From: SAR324 cluster bacterium
GTDB lineage: Bacteria; SAR324; NAC60-12
Assembly: GCA_015232315.1 (NCBI GenBank)
Contig: JADFZZ010000001.1
Location: 208,835-272,834, forward strand
Reading direction: 5' to 3'
DNA length: 64,000 nt
Shown one piece after another: positions 9,799-19,413 of the stretch (within the stretch, counting starts at the first letter, position 1; every line of letters starts with the position of its first letter). The position numbers were made by a program, and so were the translations under genes. Below the pieces are notes generated by a model that was given only the letters and a program-made list of their open reading frames with translations, did no database searches and had not been told where the DNA came from.

Positions 9799-12666
9799 TT
9801 AATCCAGGGGTTTAATGAGTTTGAGTCCCGATGGCAATTTGTCTCCAAACAACCAGTCATTTGACGTAGCGGAGGAAAGGTTTTCGTCAGTCGGCACTTG
9901 CAGTATTTGTTGCAAGGCCTCTGTTCCTTCCTTTTTTTTGAGAAAATCAATAATTTTATTACGGGTTCTGTCACTGATATCACGAGAACGGTCTTCGGTA
10001 AGCTGTCCCATTTTTGAGAGGATCAGCGGTAAATCCTGATAGAAAGTGATCTCGGGGGACAAACTCAGCAACCAGTCGATCCAGGATTCTACCGTAGAAA
10101 CACTGACCGCGTTGACCGGACTTCCATAAACAGGCACTCTGCCGCCTATACGTGCCAGACACCAACCTTCAATTCCTGTTGCTTGCCCCAGTTTGACCTG
10201 ACTGATCAGTTCATGCCCCAATTTCAATTTTTCCTGCGGTGGCAGATGTTCAAGGCTGGCCAGCAGTCTCCATAGTTCATTGAGTGCCGTTGGTGACGCT
10301 GCGGCAGTGGTTTTTCCACCTTTTTTACCAGTTTTTCCGATCGTGCCTTTACGAGGTTTCATTGCGGATTCCCTGATTTTTTTCCACCCCATGTCCAGCA
10401 GAAGTTGCTGATTGGCTGTTGAAATTCCACCCGCGATTCGTCGACACATCACCCACCATTCAATTTCAATGGCGCGTTCTTTTCGAAAATGAGGGCCACC
10501 CGGAAACAATTCCATCACCTGTCGCATTTTGAGTTCATCGCCTCTGCAACCATATCCCGGTCGCAGACAAAAACCCGCAAGTTTCAGCCAGTTCAATTCA
10601 TGATTGACCGATCGTGTTCTTCGTCCCATGCCCTCATACAGAAATGGCCATAAGCCACGTAACAATGGGATCGACCACTCCTCACGGGGCATTTCCAGAG
10701 CTTGTTCCATTTGCCGGTAAATGCCGCCACTGACGGAGCCTTCAGCATTTCGTCCGAACCACTCCTGAAGGCAGGCTCTGGCAGGGAGCAAATCTTCTTC
10801 TGCTAATGTAATCAAGGATTCATCGTCCGTTTGTGCCGCAGTGTTTGCCGCACGCAGTTGAAACGCCAGTTTCCATTCCTGGTTCCGTTGCGCGTCTACA
10901 CAAAACAAACTCAGGGTTCCGATTTCGTTCAATATGGCTTTGAGATGAATTTCCAGTTCCAGTGTCTTCTTTTTAACGAGTTGACGATCAGGAGTGATCA
11001 AGGTCTGCAAGGGCGGCAATTCAATAAATTCCCGCTCTTTTTCTTCCGCGTTCAGCAACAGGATAGCTCCCGCCTGATCCTGAGGACGATGAATGGAGGA
11101 CATCAACTGAAATACCACAGGCTGATTCACTCTCAGCATGATGCCCGTTTGAAGAACAGTCACAGGTTGTTCGGGAACAATGTGCTGAGGCAAAATACAA
11201 AGCCACGCTTCTTTTTTGTCTGATTCTGATAATTCCAGATGGACATGGATATAATAAGACCGTGCGCTACCACCCTTGATCAGAATACCATGCCCCTGTT
11301 GCGCCATTTGATAATACGCGGCACCGCGAGCAACCGCCAAATGCAGATCGTGGTGTTCCAAAGGCTGAACAACCGCTGGTCTTCGTGATTCATGGCATTG
11401 TTCACGCCAGGTTTCCAACTGAGTCAATAAACGGGACCTTACCACAGCAGGTGACAAAGCCCCTCCATTGAACAAGACCTGATCGGGAAATTTCAGTTGT
11501 CCGTGATCTTCCAGTGAGCGCTTTAAAAACGCATGAAGATGTTTGGTGATCGCCGCATCCTGAGCATAGGGCAAGCCCATCTGTTTCAGACCGACATTAC
11601 GATTTTTGATCAGGGCGGCATCCCATGAAATGACAGGAAAAAATCCCTCAAGAACGATTTGTTCCAGCAACCCCCTGTTTAAAGCAACGGTTCGAGTATT
11701 TCCCATCAATCGACTGCCTGAACCACTGATGGTGACAGGAATCTGTTCATGACTGCCTGAGAAAACAGTTTCCTTGGCGAGTCGACACTGCTGAACCAGT
11801 GAGTCCCATAACCGTGGTGCCAGTTTTTGACTGTTTCCTGCCAGTTCGGATTCAAAGTGATGCGCGAGGGCCAGATCCATGTTGTCGCCTCCCAACAGCA
11901 GATGATCACTGACTGCGATGCGTTCAAAATCCGGAATCTTTCCGGCCTCAGTTGCAGTGGTATGAATCAGACTGAAATCAGAGGTTCCGCCGCCAATATC
12001 AATCACTAAGGTTACATGCGATTCATGAGACAGGGTTGAGGCCTCCTGATCCGCAATCCAGGAATAAAACGCGGCCTGGGGTTCTTCCAGCAAAGAATAA
12101 TTTTTGAGCCCGGATGATTCCACGGCACTGAGTGTGAGTTCACGGGCGATTTCATCAAATGAGGCAGGAATGGTGATGACAACCTGCTGAAGTTCCAATT
12201 TGAGAGCACTGTTTTGGGCCGCAAAATGATGGTCCCAGGCATTTCGGATGTGAGCCAGAATCATGGCGGTCGCCTCGACGGGAGACCAGAGATGGGATTC
12301 AGTATTACCTAAGGGCAGAAACGCAGAGAATGGATCAATTCCATGGTAACAAAGCCATGATTTTGCGGAACTGATGGTTAAATGCGGTGTACGGAATTGT
12401 TGTTGCCGGGCATAGTCCCCCACAATCAAGGGGGCCGAAGAGGACTCCCATGAGTGTTTGAAAATGCCGGAATTCAGTTCTTCAACGTTGGGAAGGTAAA
12501 GGCATGAGGGGAGCACCGGATTCTTATGAAGACGCCCCTTGTCCACCCATTGCGCAATATCAAACGGATGAATCGTGTGTGTCCAATCCTGCTGATCTAC
12601 ATAAAACACTGCGCAATTGCTGGTTCCAAGATCTATTCCAACCAGATATCGGGAATTATTTGCCAT
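9799..12666 (-). CDS. 955-aa Hsp70-superfamily protein: complete actin-fold nucleotide-binding domain plus a C-terminal extension of about 550 aa that does not resemble the DnaK substrate-binding domain
   Basis: Phosphate-1 VGIDLGTSNCAV, connect-1 LEEPQAAFYSW, phosphate-2 IDIGGGTSDFSLI, LLGGDNMD, adenosine FNGGALSPAV. No DnaK substrate-binding-domain signature downstream. Confidence 0.7.
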   Translation of the reverse strand: MANNSRYLVGIDLGTSNCAVFYVDQQDWTHTIHPFDIAQWVDKGRLHKNPVLPSCLYLPNVEELNSGIFKHSWESSSAPLIVGDYARQQQFRTPHLTISSAKSWLCYHGIDPFSAFLPLGNTESHLWSPVEATAMILAHIRNAWDHHFAAQNSALKLELQQVVITIPASFDEIARELTLSAVESSGLKNYSLLEEPQAAFYSWIADQEASTLSHESHVTLVIDIGGGTSDFSLIHTTATEAGKIPDFERIAVSDHLLLGGDNMDLALAHHFESELAGNSQKLAPRLWDSLVQQCRLAKETVFSGSHEQIPVTISGSGSRLMGNTRTVALNRGLLEQIVLEGFFPVISWDAALIKNRNVGLKQMGLPYAQDAAITKHLHAFLKRSLEDHGQLKFPDQVLFNGGALSPAVVRSRLLTQLETWREQCHESRRPAVVQPLEHHDLHLAVARGAAYYQMAQQGHGILIKGGSARSYYIHVHLELSESDKKEAWLCILPQHIVPEQPVTVLQTGIMLRVNQPVVFQLMSSIHRPQDQAGAILLLNAEEKEREFIELPPLQTLITPDRQLVKKKTLELEIHLKAILNEIGTLSLFCVDAQRNQEWKLAFQLRAANTAAQTDDESLITLAEEDLLPARACLQEWFGRNAEGSVSGGIYRQMEQALEMPREEWSIPLLRGLWPFLYEGMGRRTRSVNHELNWLKLAGFCLRPGYGCRGDELKMRQVMELFPGGPHFRKERAIEIEWWVMCRRIAGGISTANQQLLLDMGWKKIRESAMKPRKGTIGKTGKKGGKTTAAASPTALNELWRLLASLEHLPPQEKLKLGHELISQVKLGQATGIEGWCLARIGGRVPVYGSPVNAVSVSTVESWIDWLLSLSPEITFYQDLPLILSKMGQLTEDRSRDISDRTRNKIIDFLKKKEGTEALQQILQVPTDENLSSATSNDWLFGDKLPSGLKLIKPLD

Positions 12667-13411
12667 TCCTCACTTCTTCATATTCTTCGTCATCTTCATC
12701 TTCATCGTCATCGTCATACTCTTCATACTCTTCATATTCGTCTTCGTCTTCATAGTCATTCTCGTCGTCCTCATCAGGACCATTTGAGTTTGACTGATTT
12801 TCCAGCGTGAAGTGCAAAGCCATTTCAAAAGCCGCTCTTGTAAACTCAAGGACTTTGGCGAAGCCTTCATCCGACAGCTTTCGGGCCTCATCCCGACTGC
12901 GGAAAATATTAATAAATTCACGTTCGCGCTCAAAATGATGTGGAATACGCCCTACCCCCCAATCCTGCAAAATCCGCCAGGCTTCCGGATTGTAGGTGCG
13001 TACTGATCTCAGAATAAACGGGACCGGATCATGGCGTGCCAACAGTGCGGCCAGACGCAGGGTTAATTCAAACGAAAGCGTGGCTGTTCCATTTTCTACC
13101 GCATCCAGCAATGTCTGGTCAGAAAGATCAAGAGCATCATTCAGATCATTGATGGTCATTCCGGCCACCTGCCGCAAGTCACGCAACGAAGCGCCCATTT
13201 CCTGCAGGGCGAGAGATCTGTCAGCACCGGGGATCAATGCTTTACCGACTCTGATGGATTTTTCTCCTGTTTTTGCGACAGCCTTGAACGCCGCATTGGT
13301 CATTCCTGCCATCATTCGAATCAGCGAACGTTCCTCTTTAGGATACATTCGGATCACATCATCAGAAACTGCCTGAGGTAATTCAGCAGAAACGGGTTTA
13401 TTTCTGGCCAT
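12656..13411 (-). CDS. XRE-family helix-turn-helix protein with poly-acidic (D/E/Y-rich) C-terminal tail
   Basis: GMTINDLNDALDLSDQTLLDAVENGTATLSFELTLRLAALL fits the XRE HTH pattern. Last 45 aa are about 85% Asp/Glu/Tyr. Stop overlaps the downstream Hsp70-like start by 11 nt. Confidence 0.55.
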   Translation of the reverse strand: MARNKPVSAELPQAVSDDVIRMYPKEERSLIRMMAGMTNAAFKAVAKTGEKSIRVGKALIPGADRSLALQEMGASLRDLRQVAGMTINDLNDALDLSDQTLLDAVENGTATLSFELTLRLAALLARHDPVPFILRSVRTYNPEAWRILQDWGVGRIPHHFEREREFINIFRSRDEARKLSDEGFAKVLEFTRAAFEMALHFTLENQSNSNGPDEDDENDYEDEDEYEEYEEYDDDDEDEDDEEYEEVRNGK

Positions 13412-13457
13412 AACATCCTGTCCGTTAAGGTTTTAAAGTTAGCCGCTACCGGCGATT

Positions 13458-14759
13458 CTATGCCTCATAGAAATTCAGATCATTTTCAACTTCATGTAAG
13501 AGGTCCTTCACCATTTTATCACCAAATTCCAGTTGAATTTGCAACAATTTCTGGACCCGTTTCAGATTTTCCAGAATCCATGGTCGAGGTAACTGAATAT
13601 TCAGGAGATGAACAGAAGTTTGAATGAAATATCGCAGAACACTGGCATATTCGAGCAGAATAGTGAGTTCGTGCCCTTTCTTCTTCAGAGAGCGCTTGCT
13701 ACTGCCGGTACGTCTCAGGGCAAGGCCATAAAAGTGATAGGTTTTTTTAAACAATTCCTGAATATCTTTTCTGATTTCCTTCCCGATTGCACCCGCACGA
13801 AAGCGATTGACCATGTAGGTCATCTCACTCATATAAACTCTGGCCTTCAAAAAATAGCCCAAAGAATTATCCTTGTCATGAAGCACAAATTTATCAGTGA
13901 TGTCAACCGCATAAGTTTGTAGCAACAGATGAAATCTTAAAAAATGGATGATGGCATAGGCTTTGACATATAAATGTTGTTTGAGTTCAGGCTTTGACTG
14001 ATCGCTGTTGAGTTGCCGTTCAATGTCATTGATATCAAACATTTCGGTGAACATATATTTGGAAAGCTCAGTCGCTTTAGCCGCATGGGTCATGTATTCC
14101 TGAATCACACGGATGTTTCTGTTGATCACGGCTTTCAACCGTTCCAGTGTTTTGATTTGCTCTTCTGTTCCTGTGGCTTTTTTTGCCAGAAGAATTTTGT
14201 TTTCTATTGTTCGGACATCATGCCTGCATTTAGCCTGAAGTTGGTTCAAATAGGTATTCTGTGCCCATAAAGCCACCTGAATTCCGGGAATACTGAACAC
14301 ACCAAAGGTATTTGCCACAGTCGATTGCAGTAACATGGTTCGATACACTTCCACAGGAAGTTCACGCCCTGTCTGGCCCAATAACGTGACAAGAGCAATA
14401 CGCGCCTGATAATCCATAGGATCCGTTTTCAAACGTTCCACCAGGTCTGTGGCAGTTTTGGTTGGATGATGCTGTGCCAGATCTTCTCCAGTAACCCCTT
14501 CCCAGTATAGTTTGCCGAACTTGCCACCGAGCATGGCTTTTGCCCTCATGATGAAGGTTGCGTTTTTTGCTTTCAATATTTCATCATGCCTTTTTTTAAT
14601 ATCCCCTTCCCAGTGAGTCACCAGTCCCGGAATGTTACCAATATTCTTGGCAATAATCTTGAGATGCGTCAGTCCCTCTTTAGGGTCTGAGCTTTCCCAA
14701 TCCTTGCCGAAAATATCTTCATTGATAATTTGTCCTTCTTCCTTTTTCTTCTCAGCCAT
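13458..14759 (-). CDS. hypothetical protein (433 aa), first gene of the Hsp70-like operon
   Basis: Long ORF with ATG start, same strand, 46-bp gap to the next gene; no recognisable motif. Confidence 0.45.
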   Translation of the reverse strand: MAEKKKEEGQIINEDIFGKDWESSDPKEGLTHLKIIAKNIGNIPGLVTHWEGDIKKRHDEILKAKNATFIMRAKAMLGGKFGKLYWEGVTGEDLAQHHPTKTATDLVERLKTDPMDYQARIALVTLLGQTGRELPVEVYRTMLLQSTVANTFGVFSIPGIQVALWAQNTYLNQLQAKCRHDVRTIENKILLAKKATGTEEQIKTLERLKAVINRNIRVIQEYMTHAAKATELSKYMFTEMFDINDIERQLNSDQSKPELKQHLYVKAYAIIHFLRFHLLLQTYAVDITDKFVLHDKDNSLGYFLKARVYMSEMTYMVNRFRAGAIGKEIRKDIQELFKKTYHFYGLALRRTGSSKRSLKKKGHELTILLEYASVLRYFIQTSVHLLNIQLPRPWILENLKRVQKLLQIQLEFGDKMVKDLLHEVENDLNFYEA

Positions 14760-15002
14760 TCATCCATTATGGAAATTAGGGACAATTAAAGGGTTCCAGC
14801 CCCCCAATAAATTTTAGGCACACTAAAATAAATCAATAAAAACTTCAAACATTACTATACATGCCACGGTTTTATCAAAAAAATCGAGTGCAACTCCACG
14901 GCACAGACAAAAAAAATAAATAAACCATTTGACCTCTTTGAAATGAAATTGCTATGAAGAATTGAACCAATTATTCCATAATCATTCATTACAAGGAGCA
15001 AT

Positions 15003-15569
15003 ATGACACAAAAAATAAAAAAAATAATGACCGTCACCCTGATGTTTTTATTCATGGCTCAGACCGGAGCCTCCTTATATGCTCAAGAAACGCCCCCCGC
15101 ACAAAATGCGGAAACAGACGCCGCGGCGGTAAAAAAAATCAATCGCGATGATCTGATCAAATACAGAAATTATGTCATGACCATCAAAGGCAATCACACC
15201 CAGGCCTTGAGGTTGCTTGTCGCTAAAAAAATCAATATGAGAAATCAGTTTATTGCCCATGCGGAAGCCTTGAGTGCCTTGTCCTTTGAAATGTTGCGAC
15301 TGTTTCTTCCGGGAAGCATGGGACCAAAATCACGAGCCAAAGCGGAAATCTGGGACAAAGATGGACGGTTGAGCAAAAAATTCGTGGAACAAACTCAAAT
15401 CATGGAAAAAGAAGCACGCCAATTGGTGGATGTCTCACGCTATGGCGATCTGGATGCTATCAAAAAACAACTTCGTTCCTTTGAAAAAAATGGTTGCAAA
15501 GGCTGTCACTCTGAATTCCGTGGTGAAGGAACACCGGATCCGATCGCGTCGTATGAAGATGAGGAATAA
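15003..15569 (+). CDS. cytochrome c' (class II cytochrome c) family protein, secreted
   Basis: AAGGAG RBS, signal peptide, four-helix-bundle length, C-terminal haem motif CKGCH. Confidence 0.6.
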   Translation: MTQKIKKIMTVTLMFLFMAQTGASLYAQETPPAQNAETDAAAVKKINRDDLIKYRNYVMTIKGNHTQALRLLVAKKINMRNQFIAHAEALSALSFEMLRLFLPGSMGPKSRAKAEIWDKDGRLSKKFVEQTQIMEKEARQLVDVSRYGDLDAIKKQLRSFEKNGCKGCHSEFRGEGTPDPIASYEDEE

Positions 15570-15606
15570 TCCTTAAACCATTTAAAAATTTTTGAGGAGT
15601 AGGAAT

Positions 15607-16770
15607 ATGAATAAAGTATTAACCGGAGCAGGGATATTATTACTGCTTGTGCTGGGCTTTTATTTGATAAGTGGACTGTTTGAAAAACCAGATGAAGTGG
15701 TAACTCCAGTCACACAGACAGAACCGGAACAAGAGGAATTGACTCTTGAAGAGCCGACCATCACACCAGTCACTGTGGCGCCAAAAACAGAAACGCAACC
15801 CCAGGTTGTTGAGAAAACAGAAGAAGCTCAGGACAATCAGCAAATCCTAAAACAAGGTGATCAATTGATTCAGGCCAAACTTCAGGAGATTGCCACAGAT
15901 TATGCGCATAACCTGAAATTTCCGCCATATGCCACACCTTTGAATGAAAATAGTTATGAGTATTTGAATCCAAACGCGTTTATTCCTTTCAGACTTAAGA
16001 TGCCAACCGGTGAGCCATTCTCATACGAGATCATATTGCCATCATCTGTATTATTTAAAGGCATTCCTATTGAAGGGACTTTCCGCATCTATGGAGATCA
16101 ATCTGAACCGCTTCCCCAGGTTCTGGATGTCAAGGCTGAAATTCTCAACAGACAAAAGGTTTTGGCTTCAACACAAATGACGATGACTCAAAATGATGAG
16201 ATGGAAAAACACTTCAGCTTTACGATTGAATCCCCAATCGAGGAAAGCAAAGATTGGCCTGCGGAACTTCAGATCAAAGCGGTTTTTCTGCTGAGTGGTT
16301 ATGGAGAACAAAGTTATATCCTGCCCTTCCGTCTTGAAGAATCAGTGGCAAAAGTGGATGGTCTCGGACAAGAAACTGTTGATGGCCCTAACTTGCTCAT
16401 TCCTGTCAATATTACAGTAAATAATTCAGGGACATACCGTGTAAGCGCTAATTTGTATTCCCAAACGACTGGGAGTCCTCTTGTACATATACAGGGACAA
16501 CAAAAAATTGAAGGAACATCAGGCACAGTTATATTGAAAGCGCATGTTTCCGCACTGAAGGAACGACAGGATACAGGGCCTTATGTCGCAAAAACTTTTC
16601 TGGTTGCTCGTCATTCCGAGAGTGGTGGCGCCGATCAGTCAGGGAATGCCGGGAATGCCGAATTTGTCATTCCTGGACATGATTTTAATGAGTATAAAGA
16701 TGAACCTTATGTTGATATGGGGGAACAGGAGAAACTGAAAAGATTTAATCAAATTATTCAGAATTGGTAA
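15607..16770 (+). CDS. hypothetical N-terminally membrane-anchored periplasmic protein
   Basis: GAGGAG RBS before ATG 15607; single N-terminal TM (ILLLLVLGFYLISG); Pro/Thr/Glu-rich linker then a large globular region. Confidence 0.5.
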   Translation: MNKVLTGAGILLLLVLGFYLISGLFEKPDEVVTPVTQTEPEQEELTLEEPTITPVTVAPKTETQPQVVEKTEEAQDNQQILKQGDQLIQAKLQEIATDYAHNLKFPPYATPLNENSYEYLNPNAFIPFRLKMPTGEPFSYEIILPSSVLFKGIPIEGTFRIYGDQSEPLPQVLDVKAEILNRQKVLASTQMTMTQNDEMEKHFSFTIESPIEESKDWPAELQIKAVFLLSGYGEQSYILPFRLEESVAKVDGLGQETVDGPNLLIPVNITVNNSGTYRVSANLYSQTTGSPLVHIQGQQKIEGTSGTVILKAHVSALKERQDTGPYVAKTFLVARHSESGGADQSGNAGNAEFVIPGHDFNEYKDEPYVDMGEQEKLKRFNQIIQNW

Positions 16771-16782
16771 TTTTAAAAAATG

Positions 16783-16813
16783 GTTGGTTGTCTTGGAAAC
16801 GACAACCAACCTT
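16783..16813 (+). terminator. hairpin downstream of 15607..16770
   Basis: ggttggttgtc-ttggaaac-gacaaccaacc stem-loop followed by a T-rich tract. Confidence 0.4.
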
Positions 16814-17151
16814 CCTTCCTTATCCCACATGCCTGTTTTTCTACATAACATGATCAAGAAAAATGATTGTAATTTGAGGACAACTTACGACATTCCCCTC
16901 TTGGAATGATTTAAGATTATTAAAATAAAATATTTCATAAGATCATTAGCTAACAATATGATATTATTTAAAAATATAAAATCTACTCGACTGGCGTTTT
17001 CTGAAGAAATTTTTGTGGAATGGGAATTTAACGACCTCGACGTTGCACTAATTGGAGAATGTAATACGCTTTAATCAAAATATTATTTTACTTACAGATG
17101 GTTTTTGGGGATCATCTGAATTTAATAACAATCATTTGTGGGGAGGGCCCA

Positions 17152-18957
17152 ATGAAAAAAGTCATAAAAAAAATAATGATATCCTGTTTGGCATTAGGCG
17201 TAATGACCGCATGCCAACCAACCCAGGAAGAGAATCAATTGAATGTTAGCGCTGATAATCAGCAGGGACAGTCTCTCAGTTTTGATAAGTCAATCAGTGT
17301 AGCAGATTCCAGTGAGCGATTGTCTGTCAATCCAGACCTGATTTTTGTGGAAGGATTCAGCAATGGTTTTATGAATACCAACAGTTTTTATACATTAATG
17401 TCTCCCTTGAACAGTATGCTAGGACTCTTTGGAACCAGTGTTGAGGAAATTGTGAGTTCTGTTGCTGGAATCGATTTATCCAGTCAGCCAGGTTATGCGA
17501 AGTGGTATTTCTCAAAATATGCTGACGCATTCCTGGCCCAAGGAAAGGTCAATAAAGTGGGTTATCTCCATTGGGATACGGGTTATAGAATTTTAAGAGA
17601 TGGATTAATAAGCCAAATGGAGGATAACTATAATGGAGCTGGGGCGCCTGGATTACACACCCGGATTCAGCGCATGATGAATGGGACTTATACGGCAAAT
17701 GATGTGAAAAATTTTGATGCATATTGTCCTGGAGCAACTGAAACAGTTACAGAATTTGGCATATCAAATGTTAAAAAATGTAACAATGCCGCCTATAAAC
17801 TTTGTGCTAATGGTTGTATTTTCATGACACACTCCACAGGAGGTCTGGTTTTCGATCGGTTAGTTTATGAAGCTAATCAGGAGAAGCTATATCCGGGAAC
17901 CTACCCTAAACTGGCAGGTGTGTGGGATAAAACCACCATGGCCATTGAAATTTCTTCAGCCGGTGGAGGAACCGAGTTTTCGAACACAGTCATCAACCTA
18001 GTGGTTACTATGTGTAGTGGCGGCACCCAAACGGATCAATTGGTTAACTTTCTTGTAGGAGCCTTGTTCCCGGAATATTCTTGTGTGTCAGGAGGGTTAG
18101 AAACCAACAGCCAAAGGGCTGGTGCAGGTAGAGACTTGATGCCTGCGATTGCTCGTGATGCGACTAATGGAACAAAAGCCAGCTTTGGACGAACACCAAT
18201 TCTTCATATTGCGGGAAATGGAAACATGATGCCAGATGTGGGGATTTTGAGACTGGATTGGATTATTTCTAACAGTTATGGCGGTGCAGGCTATGGAGAT
18301 GGATTGGTTCCTTTAGCTTCTACCTGTGGTGCTAATACGGCAACACCTATCAAGAGTTGTCATCCTAAAGTGAGCCCTACTGGTACAATTGGAACCTATA
18401 GCGCTCCTGCTGGATTGTATACAAACCATCATCCCTTTATCATGACTGGAGAAGGCCATTTGAGCGAAATGAACGCAATTTTCGAAGCTTTGGGTGTGGA
18501 TGATAGTAACTGGGGAACTTATGTGAATCCAATCAACTATGTAGAAGTAGCTTTGAAATCCGGTAATTTGGAGCAAAAAATGGAACAGAGTTTCAGCAAT
18601 AGTGTAGTAGAAGTTCTGGTTCCGCCTCAAGGCTGGGGAAATCCAGAGGTAATGAGAACACAATGTTGGTATGAAACCGGATACGCTGGTGCGGATACAG
18701 CACTGCATACAAATTTGGATACATCCAGTAATTATGGCGGCATGTCCAATCAGGTTGATGACATCACCTGGAGAGGAACCAATACTCGCTATGATTTTTG
18801 GGATTGTGGTGGAAATAAAACGGATTGGTATTATTCCATTACCCAAATGAGCCTTGAAGGGGATGGCGACAGAATGTTCCACCTGTTGAGTAAAAAACTG
18901 GACGCTCGCATGCAACGGGGTGATACGGGACAACAAAACAATATGCAGGTTCAATAA
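17152..18957 (+). CDS. secreted lipoprotein, lipase/esterase-like alpha/beta hydrolase candidate (paralogue A)
   Basis: GGGAGGG RBS; lipobox LALGVMTAC; nucleophile-elbow-like FMTHSTGGLV; acid motif DGLVPLAS; Cys-rich C-terminal half; about 75% identical to 19414..21231. Confidence 0.55.
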   Translation: MKKVIKKIMISCLALGVMTACQPTQEENQLNVSADNQQGQSLSFDKSISVADSSERLSVNPDLIFVEGFSNGFMNTNSFYTLMSPLNSMLGLFGTSVEEIVSSVAGIDLSSQPGYAKWYFSKYADAFLAQGKVNKVGYLHWDTGYRILRDGLISQMEDNYNGAGAPGLHTRIQRMMNGTYTANDVKNFDAYCPGATETVTEFGISNVKKCNNAAYKLCANGCIFMTHSTGGLVFDRLVYEANQEKLYPGTYPKLAGVWDKTTMAIEISSAGGGTEFSNTVINLVVTMCSGGTQTDQLVNFLVGALFPEYSCVSGGLETNSQRAGAGRDLMPAIARDATNGTKASFGRTPILHIAGNGNMMPDVGILRLDWIISNSYGGAGYGDGLVPLASTCGANTATPIKSCHPKVSPTGTIGTYSAPAGLYTNHHPFIMTGEGHLSEMNAIFEALGVDDSNWGTYVNPINYVEVALKSGNLEQKMEQSFSNSVVEVLVPPQGWGNPEVMRTQCWYETGYAGADTALHTNLDTSSNYGGMSNQVDDITWRGTNTRYDFWDCGGNKTDWYYSITQMSLEGDGDRMFHLLSKKLDARMQRGDTGQQNNMQVQ

Positions 18958-18990
18958 ATGAATCAATCAGGCCATTGAGTTCGAATGCGG

Positions 18991-19027
18991 TTTCTGATCA
19001 TAGTATTAGAAACCGCTTTTTGTTTTA
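18991..19027 (+). terminator. Rho-independent terminator after lipoprotein A
   Basis: gcggtttct...agaaaccgc stem followed by TTTTT. Confidence 0.55.
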
Positions 19028-19413
19028 AAGGAATGGCTCATCAATAACATTCCCAACTATAAATAGTCTTCTCCATAGCTGTGCTTTGGCTGGTTGGAGG
19101 CAAATGGGTAAGTTATTTCTGTGCGATTCCAAAGTGGGTTCCATTAGGACTTTTTACGACACAACTTTCTCCAATTGTCAGATTGGATGAAATCTGGAAC
19201 ACTTAACACTGCACCATAATACACTGATATATATCAAAAAATATTAAAATAAATTGAGAGGGAATTGTTAAAGTGTTTGGTGTAAATATTTTCACGACAA
19301 TCAGGTTGCACAAATAGCAATTAAACACTAATTAATAATTAAAAGATTATTTTTCTTACGAAAGACGGTTATGGGGATCGTCTATAAATCCAAATTTTTC
19401 TCTGGAGGGCACA

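Noticed and set aside
12504-12933. Ser-rich (+) and Met/Lys-rich (-) ORFs over the GAW-rich tract
   Set aside because: These are alternative-frame readings of the low-complexity DNA encoding the poly-acidic tail of the HTH protein.
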